Assembly: GCF_006345805.1 (NCBI RefSeq)
Contig: NC_043004.1
Location: 91,822,001 to 91,886,000, forward strand
Direction: 5' to 3'
From: Octopus sinensis
Lineage: Eukaryota
DNA length: 64,000 nucleotides
Part shown: one piece after another, positions 53,806-64,000 of the stretch
How the letters are laid out: the number at the start of each line of letters is the position of its first letter
Position numbering within the stretch: position 1 is the stretch's first letter
Notes under the pieces: generated by a model
What the model was told of the DNA's origin: nothing
The model's input: the letters and a program-made list of their open reading frames with translations, nothing else
The model's database searches: none
Program-made: the position numbers and the translations under genes

Positions 53806-54100
53806 AGGCGCAATGGCCCAGTGGTTAGGGCAGCGGACTCGCGGTTGTAGGATCGCGGTTTCGATTCCCAGACCGGGCGTTGTGAGTGTTTATTGAGCGA
53901 AAACACCTAAAGGTTCCACGAGGCTCCGGCAGGGGGTGGTGATCCCTGCTGTACTCTTTCACCGCTCTTTCTCCCACTCTTTCTTCTGTTGGCCTGCTCG
54001 CTTAGCCAGCTGGGTGGCATCATTCGAAGGCTAAAACAATGCGAACGCATTGTGACCAGCGATGTGTAACAACGTCCGATGGTCTGGTCGGTCACGTGAT

Positions 54101-54107
<7 letters not shown>
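53803..54107 (+). mobile_element. SINE family R, tail b, within TG/TA microsatellites
   Basis: Matches 20441-20736 and ends GATCACGTGA(TA)n. Confidence 0.88.
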
Positions 54108-54143
<36 letters not shown>

Positions 54144-54476
54144 TGAGTGTATTTTTACCTTGTTAACAATTAACACGGAAAAAATAAATAAATAGTTTCC
54201 AGGGTAGCAAAAATCTCACAAGTAAAGATGTTGTAACTCCTTGTTTATAAAGGTAGAAACTTCGTGTTTACGTGGAATATTTTGAATAATATATGAATAA
54301 ATAAATGGAGTTTAACGCAGGTGTAAATCAAATATTTTTACTTTCGACACATTTTTCGAAAATTCCACTGATACTATATATATATACACACACACATACA
54401 TATATATGTATATACACACACACACACACAAATATATATACACACACACACACACGTATATATATATATATATATT

Positions 54477-54532
<56 letters not shown>

Positions 54533-55166
54533 ATATATTATATAATATATATATGTATGTATATATATGTATATATATACACAAATTCTGACGATAATAA
54601 TGCCGTTGATGCTCAGTATGAAAATCTGTTGGTTGGTGTCTACAAGAAAACAAAGCAATTTCATTTCATTAGTCGGTATTAAAGATGAATGCTATCTTTT
54701 ATACGAATATCGATGTGCAATCAGCTCTGACGATATAGCTACATCTTAATTTAAAAGAGTGATATTTTAAAAATTGTTATGAGCCTTAGTCAAGCGCATA
54801 GTTTAAAGTAAAAAAACAGAAAAAAGATACGTAATTTATTTCCCTTGAAATTGCATAAAAGTTGCTTCCCTTGAATATTAGTGGCTTAGTTAAGAGTTGC
54901 TTCCCTTCCCAAAATGCATATTTATGGCTATTTTGTTTTTCTTAAAAATTAGATGAATATAAATACAAGCGCGCGTACAGAGGCGTTTAGGCCCAGAAAA
55001 CTAGACCAGAAAGGTTTAGACCCAGAAAACTAGAAGAAAAACGTTGAGAGCTATAAACTTTACTGTTCCATTAAAAAAATGATAGGACAATATAGAATAC
55101 GAAACATTCTTAGCTACAATCTCCAGAAAAGTTGTTTACAATACGTATTTTCATCGAAAAGGTGTT

Positions 55167-55236
<70 letters not shown>

Positions 55237-55917
55237 GTTTATCAGCTGAGTCTATCGTTAATATTGTCACGCCTCCCTCCTTCAAACGGGAAGGAAGATC
55301 TATTTTCGTCATCCTTGTGGCTATGGCGAAAGAATGTATCTGGTGGACGCGTCTGAAAGGATTGGAGACAAACACTTTCCTCTCTGGTCAATCTCTCATC
55401 AACTTCTTCAAGTACCACTTGAAAAGGAAAGTGAGAGTAGAGAGGCAAGTTTTGTCTAGCGAATGTTTTAAAAAAAGATGGGTGAATGTAGCAAGAATGG
55501 CACGTATGAATGACGAAGCCATCTTGAGCATGATCCTATGAACCCAGAAATTGAAAACAGAGAGTTGCTTATTTGCAAAAAAAAAAAAAAAAAAAGAAAT
55601 ATAACATGTGACTCCATTGACCGAGGTTACCGTGGTCTTTTCCGTAGGCTTTTCTTTCCACGGGTAAACCTCACCTGTCCTCCCCTTTACACTTCATAGT
55701 GACATTTCTGTGATACGATACCTATTGATCAATTTTTTTTTTCCTCTCCCCCTTTTTTTTTTTAACCCCCCTTTTTTTTGTCCTCTTTCTCCCTTTTACG
55801 ATCCCTTTTGATCGAAACTCCCCCTTCCTTTTTTTTTTTTTTTTTAAACCTTCAAAAGAAAAGCTCTACCTTGTAATTTGTTCTATCTGTGTGCAGCCCT
55901 GTGTGGCTAATAAAGAA
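55237..55917 (+). mobile_element. 5'-truncated Tx1-type element (second family) inserted in an (ATCT)n array
   Basis: MAKECIWWTRLKG..FFKYHLKRKVRVE..FKKRWVNVAR aligns to the ORF2 end at 5642-5900; 3' end GCCCTGTGTGGCTAATAAAGAA; (ATCT)n on both sides. Confidence 0.88.
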
Positions 55918-56014
55918 CATCTATCTATCTATCTATCTATCTATCTATATCTATCCATCCATCCATTCTCAATCCATCCACTCCATCCTCCATCATCCAT
56001 CTATCTTCATATCT

Positions 56015-56059
<45 letters not shown>

Positions 56060-56101
56060 ATTCTATCTATCTATCTGTCTATCTGTCTATCTATCTATCT
56101 A

Positions 56102-56138
<37 letters not shown>

Positions 56139-56339
56139 GTTTATCTGTCTGTCTGTGCACCTACACATACCTGCATGCATCCATCTATCCACCCGCAATG
56201 CTTAGGTGTATTCGGCTTATGGTTGTAATGTCGTGAGCTCGATCGCCAGCAGTGCGTTGTATACTTGAGCAAGATTCTTTACATCACTTTGCTCCAGTGC
56301 ATACGTACGTACGTACAAGAACCCACAATATGGTGGAAA

Positions 56340-56765
56340 TCATAGCCACTCATAATAAGAAGGAGTACTGGTAGAATGTTGCAGTGAAAACCTCAGTAAA
56401 ATGTAAAGACAATAGATCTGTTATAATGATTTCGTATAGGGAATAGAAATTGTGTACAATTGGGGAAATCAGCTGCCCAGTGGGTTGTACATAAAGCTGA
56501 AGATAAGTGAAAATTAGAATACCTACGCTGAACTATTGAGAAATCTGCATTTACTCGATCCATATTCAAAGTTTAGGTTTATACCTGTAATTATTGGGGT
56601 ACTGGGATATGTAACACACTGCCTAAATACCAATCTTGAGAAATTAGGCATCTCAAAACCAGAAAGGAGAAAGCTGATCCGAAGACTAGAGATTTAATCC
56701 ATCGCTGGAAGTGTAAAAATCTGTAAAACTCTTCAGAAGTTTATCATTTAAGTATATATGAGCAT
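56340..56765 (+). mobile_element. RLE-type LINE 3' fragment (PD-(D/E)XK endonuclease region, degenerate)
   Basis: KLCTIGEISCP..YAELLRNL..FRFIPVIIGVLGYV..KICKTLQKFII*. Confidence 0.7.
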
Positions 56766-56827
56766 ATCTAGATATGAAAGTATATGCCTGAGAAGACATG
56801 CATTAAACAAAACATACAAATCTACAT

Positions 56828-57010
56828 GCATACATACATACATACATACATACATACATACATACATACATACATACATACATACATACATTCATACATA
56901 CATACATACATACATACATACATACATACATACATACATTCATACATACATACATACATACATACATACATACATACATACATACATACATACATACATA
57001 CATACATACA

Positions 57011-57040
<30 letters not shown>
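56828..57040. repeat. (TACA)n microsatellite
   Basis: Direct inspection. Confidence 0.92.
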
Positions 57041-57044
<4 letters not shown>

Positions 57045-57382
57045 GTACCGCAGTAAAAAGATCAGTTAAAAGAAATAAATAGCGAAAATAGCAAAATGAG
57101 AATAAGTGAAGAATTCTTGAACAAGTACTCTAGTTGTATACGCGTTTCGTACGAACAAAATGTAGATGGTTTAAACCATTTAACCAAAAAGTTTGAGGAG
57201 AACAACTCATCATATCAGTAAACCACTATGCTTGGGGACATATTCTTCAATGTAGAGAATATCAATAACAATTTCTGGAGCAGTAGCTTTTCCTGGGCCT
57301 GTGATCGATACATTTAATCTAGAAGGCTACGATCTTGCTCTACACAAACAGGAGATAATAACTTAATACCTCATCAAAAAAA

Positions 57383-57413
<31 letters not shown>

Positions 57414-57785
57414 ATAAAAAAAATTAATAAAAGTGAGATAAAGACATTTACTACAGCAAAATTTTACGTAGATAAGCAGATCTTTGTTTTGGAAACCACT
57501 GCCAAAACTAACTTACATATCCAAACTACGCCAGGCTCTCAAATATTTGATTCTGTATCGTGATGGCAATTATTTAGATGATCCAAAGCTCGAACAACTG
57601 GTTATATGTCATTTTGAAGTTGTGTGACTTATTAATGCTACTCTAAATCTCATCTGTATGTTATAAAACGCTCGAATGAAAAGGAGTGGATAATCACAGT
57701 ACAGTTCGAATATTGATTAACTTCGCGTTTCTGCGAAGAATATCTAAAGAAATTCTTTAAAATAAAGCATTCCTTCCCGTTTTTG

Positions 57786-58168
57786 GAAGCACTCCGTCGG
57801 TTACGACGATGAGGGTTCCGGTTGATCCGAATCAACGGAACAGCCTGCTCGTGAAATTAACATGTAAGTGGCTGAGCACTCCACAGACACGTGTACCCTT
57901 AACGTAGTTCTTGGGGATATTCAGCGTGACACAGAGAGGGACAAGGCCGGCCCCTTGAAATACAGGTACAACAGAAACAGGAAGTAAGAGTGAGAGAAAG
58001 TTGTGGTGAAAGAGTACAGCAGGGATCACCACCATCCCCTGCCGGAGCCTCGTGGAGCTTTAGGTGTTTTCGCTCAATAAACACTCACAACGCCCGGTCT
58101 GGGAATCGAAACCGCGATCCTATGATCGCGAGTCCGCTGCCCTAACCACTGGGCCAATGCGCCTTCAC
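57786..58168 (-). mobile_element. SINE family R, tail a
   Basis: Near-identical to 29977-30364; CCTTCCCGT on both flanks. Confidence 0.9.
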
Positions 58169-60081
58169 GATCCCTTCCCGTATGCTTTATTTTAAAGCTC
58201 CAGATATTCCATCAAACCCGGATGATCTGACAGATAACACTGTGTAACACGATTTTTGTCCTTGGGTAGCAACTGTTATTTCCAATTTGCATACTTCAAG
58301 AAAGTATGAAAATTAGCTATATTTCCATCAAACTTTGTTTTTGTTATACTCACAGATATTTATTCAAATCTCCCAAATTCCTCTCAACGCTATGATGCTC
58401 CCCCACTACTCCTGCTTATGATGCACATATTGTCAGCCACAAAGGGACATGCTCAAGTGGTTTAAGTCAAACAACTGACAAGCAAATCTTTGGTATTGAG
58501 CAGAATATTTGCTTTAACGATATTTCTGCTTCGGCAGCTCAACGCAGTCTGAAATATAGTGGAAAATAGGTCAGTTTCAAAACATTGATGTCCAGGTCAC
58601 AAAAGCAAAGTTTGAAGGGAACAGTAGTCATTTCTTTTGATTTCTAGATAGAATCAAACAGAAAATAGCTTTACTGTCCATATTCATGCGTGTTTATGTA
58701 TGTGTGCTTGTATGTAAGTAAATATATGTATATAATTACACAAGTAACTCGGTTTGCAGAGAGAAAAAATGCAAACAAACGTTCATATATGCATGGTGCA
58801 CTAAAACCTGTGATTTCATTGTCTTACTTGTGTTCTATTTGAATGTGATAAAGATGTATTTTCATGAAAATGTTTTAAAGTCAGGCTTTCAAATGTTTGG
58901 CTCTGTATCGTGATGGCAATTATTTAGATGATCCATTTCTCTTTGGATAGAAAAAGGGAAATTAGCCAGATCGGTTTCAATTCCAGTTGGAATTCGCATC
59001 AGCGATCATGCACTCGGCTTTGTCTGTCTAAACAGAGATATAACTTTATTACAAATTACTAAGTCACTTCAAATGGGAACTTTACTAAATCGGTAACATA
59101 TTTCCATTATTCAAATGTGCTGTTCAGTGCATTAATGACTTACTTATTTCTAATCAACTGTCATAGATGATATCAAAGCATCTTTTATGCAAACAGGAAT
59201 TACTGAATTATGGAAATCTTTATTTGTAGTGACTAAATAAATAGCCACAAGTTTCATTTCTCTTTGGCCAAAGAAAGAAAAGCACGTTACTTCTGATGAG
59301 AATCACAGCTAAGATTGAAACTGGTTTGGTTATTCACTCTTTTTGTGTCCCCAGAGAGGTTTAGAAATACCATTAGGGTATTCCATCACACGTTGTAGTA
59401 ATACTTAAAGACTTGTACTGTTTAATAGGTTATACTCTACAGGACATTTTCTTTATCTAAAATATGCTGGTTAGTGCATCAAAAACTCAACAGGTGAACT
59501 TCTGTTTCTCTCCCATTTTCTCTATTGTTGATGACCTCTCTCACATCAGCCACCTTTTTCCTTAAACAGCCCACACCATACTCTTATGTCTTGTCACATT
59601 GGCACCATAACTAGAACATCGATTTCCAGGTTGTCCTTCTACCATCTTTGTCTCAGTCTCGGTTTTCTATCCACGATCCCTTAGTTCTCATTCAGTATAA
59701 CTGATTTCTCATCAACCCTACCTACAAAAATAAAACATATTCACTTTTTTCTCATTCCTAATTCTCATTACTTGAACACTTCACAACTCAGTCGAAAGAT
59801 CATTAGACAAGATGTCATCTTTTCTCACTCTTCATGACAACCAAACTTACTGACATTGAAAATCTCCTGGATTTATATTTTCCGTACCTGCACTCAGAAG
59901 GGTCGTAGATTGAAAAGTAAAGGCGTTGGTGAGTTGTATCTTGTCACAAACCGCTGATGTTAACTAACGTAAATTTCCTTTCTATTATGTTTGAGACAAA
60001 GTGAAACGCAGATTAAAACTATTTATAAAATTGTTTGCAGAAGGAAATGGTAGAATAAAACAACTGCAAGTTTTAGTAGTT

Positions 60082-60178
60082 ACTAGCAGTATCGCCCGGC
60101 GTTGCTCGGATTTGTAAAGGAAATAACTATATAAGCATTTTTAGAGAGTTATAGCAAAAAATAGCAAAAAATGCATTA
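60082..60178 (+). mobile_element. Probable end of a non-autonomous Helitron-like element, cut by the gap
   Basis: ACTAGCAGTATCGCCCGGCGTTGCTCGG resembles ends of invertebrate non-autonomous Helitrons. Confidence 0.45.
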
Positions 60179-60278
60179 NNNNNNNNNNNNNNNNNNNNNN
60201 NNNNNNNNNNNNNNNNNNNNNNNNNNNNNNNNNNNNNNNNNNNNNNNNNNNNNNNNNNNNNNNNNNNNNNNNNNNNNN
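60179..60278. other. Assembly gap (100 N)
   Basis: Run of N. Confidence 1.
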
Positions 60279-60593
60279 GCGCTCAAGACGGGAATGAGTT
60301 ATTTATAATTCTAACCCAGAAACCCGTCGTAACTGACCGAAGACGTTGGTCGTTATTTTTTCCCTTTTTTTACATATGTGAGTTACAAGTAGATGTTATA
60401 TGTGGATCATTATTAGTAGAAAATAGGAATAAGCGGTCTTTGACTGCTATTCTAAATTTTCGGTATTGGCTAAGCAACTTGTTGCTTAACCCTATATATA
60501 TATATAAACTTTTTGTTACACTTATATTATATTATATTTATTATATTATATTATATTATATTATATTATATATATATATATATATATAGATAC

Positions 60594-60662
<69 letters not shown>

Positions 60663-61362
60663 TAACAATGAGGGTCTTGCAACTTGCAATTTGTTGATTT
60701 TATTAAATTAATTATATGTCACCTTTATCTGCATTGATCATTACTGCCCTACGACAGAACTACGAATTTATTCGGCAGGCAGTATTATGTTGTGACTCAC
60801 GTGGTAGAAATTCTGGAGGGATGATGGGAGATACGCAATTCACTTGTTATATAAATGTGGATATGCTGATTAGCTTCTGTATGCTCCGATATCGCCTGGT
60901 CGGAAATATGAAGGGTAAGATTTCCTAGCATTTCTAGATTTATCGGAATATTATGTTGATGAAGGAAATGAATCTTTGATTCTAATCCAGAAACGTATGC
61001 GTGCATAATTGACCGCGGACTGTTTGATTTCGTTATTTTTCTTCGTTTTTTTTTTGCCATATAAAAAGTTAAAAATACTGTTGTCGATGGGGACATATTT
61101 TTGTAGTAAAAGAAATAACAGTCCTCTGGCTGCTATTTCTAATACTTTCGGTATGTGGTCTAGCAACTTGTTGCAAAGACCATCATTGTTATACTTAGAT
61201 ATAATTTTACCAAATATGGTCCTTTTCCATACCGAAATACTACTTGGTGAAATTTGTTGATTTTATTCAATTAATTATATTTCACCCTTTATCTGTACTG
61301 ATTATATATATATATATGTATACACACACACACACACACACACACAACACACACACACACAC

Positions 61363-61406
<44 letters not shown>

Positions 61407-62272
61407 CATATATATGTATATATACATATGTATATATGTATGTATATACACATACATACACATACATACACACACATTCACACACACACACATACACATA
61501 TATAGATTAATATAATTGTTTTATTATATTACGTTCATGTCTTTGTTTTGCTAGATTCTTGATGTGAAAGGATGCGTTGAAACTGATATTGTTTGACTTG
61601 GGGATCACAAAAGGTGACCATCCCCAAGTATAACAACATGCTTTATAATACTGTTACAAGAGGACTGGTAGTGACTTTGGGTTTTGAAGTATACGGAGTA
61701 CTGCTTTATCCTTTCCGGTTTTCAATTAATGCTAGGAAATCACTTATATTAGAACAAAGCTCTTTTGTTTTTCAGATTTAGGTCGAGTTATAATAAAACA
61801 ATTTAACATTAAACTTGACAACTGCACAATACATTTTTGTAAAGTATATATTTATGAAATAGAAATCTTAATATTTCTAAATCTCCCAAAGAGAGATACG
61901 CAGTAACAGCACCATAAAGTAATTACTTTGTTCAACATAATGTGGCAGTCTCAGGATGGGACGAATGTTACTGTTATTTAGCCCTAGGAAACATCATTGC
62001 CAGCTAGCTATACGACACAAAAATTTTGTATCCTTATATTTTCGATCATCGGAGATCAGCACCTCTATCCAGCACAGCTTCGCATCCACGGATCGGTTTC
62101 TGGATCATTGCCCTTTATCAGAGTGGAGTAGCTTGGTTGGCTAGATGACGCTATTGAACTGCTGTCGAAAATATATAGATTTTAAAGTGACACACAGTCA
62201 CTGATCAACAAAACAGAAATATTGTTATTTCTAAATCTCTCAAAAAGAGATATACAGTAACAATACCATAAA

Positions 62273-62559
62273 GTAATGACCTTTTGCCAACATAACGTGG
62301 CAGTCCCAGAATGGGACGAATGTTACTGTTATTTTCGACAGCAGTTCAGTTGCGACATCTAGCCAACCAAGCTACTCCACGCTGATAAAAGGCAATGATC
62401 CAGAAACCGGGTCCATGAATGCGAAGTTGTGCTGGGTGAATATGCTGATTTCCCCTGTTCGAAAATATAAGGACACGGAATATTTTGTGTCGTATAGCCG
62501 GCTAGAAACGATGTTTCCCATCCTGGGACTGCCACATTATGTTGACAAAAGGTCATTAC
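62273..62559. mobile_element. MITE with about 43-bp TIRs; partial inverted/direct copy at 61870-62185
   Basis: GTAATGACCTTTTGCCAACATAACGTGGCAGTCCCAGAATGGG versus its reverse complement at the right end. Confidence 0.75.
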
Positions 62560-62606
62560 TATATATTTTTATATGTATAATGTAATATAATGATATACCA
62601 TAATAA

Positions 62607-62807
62607 TCCTTTCTATTATAGGCACAAAGCGTGTAATTTTGGGAGGAGGCTAGTTGATTACATCGATCCCAGTACAAAACTGATCGACCCCAAAAGGATG
62701 AAAGGCAAAGACGTCCTCGGTAGAATTTGAACTCAGAACGTAAAGGCGGATGAAATGTCGCTAAGCATTTTGCCCGATGTGCTAACGATTCTGCTAGCTT
62801 GTCGTCT
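62607..62807 (-). mobile_element. Diverged SINE family M, alternative tail (GTGCCTATAATAGAAAGG)
   Basis: Head and central domain recognisable, with many substitutions. Confidence 0.7.
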
Positions 62808-63459
62808 TTAATTCAATATAATGATACACTATGTTAATAGGGTAAAAGACCACCGGGTTGCACCTAGAAAGTTCCCTTCCTCGGCGCAAGGTTGTTTATT
62901 TGCATCACTATCTCCATATCAGCTTGACTGGATTCCTTTTATAAACACTCTTTACTCCCGCGGACTTAGTCCTTGATAGTACAAGAATAGAAAAAATTAA
63001 AATTAAAGAGAAGTTATGAATTATTCAAAGCAGACGACTTTAAACGATTCGCGAATATATTGTATGTTGATGAAGTGTTACATCAGTCTATTCCATATTT
63101 ATTCTTTGCCATTTAAGTAAATAGTCACAAAAATATATTCTAGCAAGCGTTTACAAGTTGGAAAATTATTATAGTTTTATTCGCATCAGTTACGATTTCG
63201 AATTTCTTCAGAAATGGTGTGACGAGTCCAGTTAGAAATCGTTTAACATAATAATTGAAATGAAAAAGAAGAAAAAAAAAGAAAAGACACCGAGATGTGG
63301 TAATATTATGAAACACTTGATCAGAGGGGATTTTCTATGTCGACAACACAACAGAGTATGAACATAGTCCTTTGACCTGATAGTAACATCATACAAATTG
63401 TTTTCAGAAAGAACAGATTAAATGTAGTCCTGGGTAAATTTTACTTGTATGTATGTAAG

Positions 63460-63490
<31 letters not shown>

Positions 63491-63810
63491 GTATGTATGT
63501 ATGTATGTATGTATGTATGTATGTATGTATGTATGTATGTATGTATGTATGCATGTATGTATGTGTGTACGTATGTATGTGTATATATGTGTGTCTGTGT
63601 GTGAGTATATGTATATATAAATTATAGATAATATGGGTAGCTAATTCGCAATTTTTCAACCTAAAGGCAGAAATATATACGTCACTAAAGTGACAAAAAG
63701 GTACAGATCAGCAATACTATTGCAAGAAATAAGAGTCAAAACAACTCAATAGCCACAGAAGGCACTATCTTAATGATTGACGCTCGAGGCAACCACCCTA
63801 CAGCAGCAGG

Positions 63811-64000
63811 TGTGGAGGTGCAATGACCCAGTGGTTAGGGTAGCGGACTCGCGGTCGTAAGAACGCGGTTTCGATTCCAAGACCGGCATTGTGAGTGTTT
63901 ATTGAACAAAAACACCTGAGCTCCACGAGGCCCCGGCGGGGCGGGGGTGGTATGAACCCCGCTGTACTCTTTCACCACAACTTTCTCTCACTCTTTCTTC
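63811..64000 (+). mobile_element. SINE family R, truncated by the window end
   Basis: GTGGAGGTGCAATGACCCAGTGGTTAGGGTAGCGGACTCGCGG head. Confidence 0.85.

Noticed and set aside
57130-57225. Minus-strand TGATGA..GAAACGCGTA hammerhead-like motif
   Set aside because: Palindromic helix III is present, but the core and helix II are disrupted.
59285-59330. CTGATGA-GAATC..GATT-GAAA-CTGG hammerhead candidate
   Set aside because: No helix I complementarity, and the helix II closing pair is missing.

Overview
Repeat-dense eukaryotic DNA, most likely an octopus genome. That assignment is inferred from the tRNA-derived SINE families, the mollusc-type 5S sequence and the extreme TA/CA/ATCT/TACA microsatellite load. 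One host gene can be built by hand on the minus strand: four coding exons (42097-42046, 39449-39246, 37331-37134, 28442-28216), all phase-compatible. It encodes a 226-aa secreted protein with a signal peptide, an F-type-lectin (FTP) domain and a PAN/apple domain. The rest is mobile DNA: a full-length Tx1/L1-clade retrotransposon inserted inside a SINE whose 3' tail it shares, two Penelope-like elements, two Chapaev3-like DNA transposons with CAC/CAT..GTG ends and TWA duplications, Tc1 and mariner relics, and CR1/L2, RTE and RLE LINE fragments. There are also about 19 SINEs and several fold-back elements. The most unusual signals are a set of minimal type I hammerhead ribozymes, a full-length 5S rRNA fused to a full-length tRNA SINE, and the Tx1-SINE partnership. 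One hammerhead delimits a 521-nt tandem non-coding unit; another heads a 550-bp inverted duplication flanked by a 13-bp target duplication. All calls were made by eye, without database searches.
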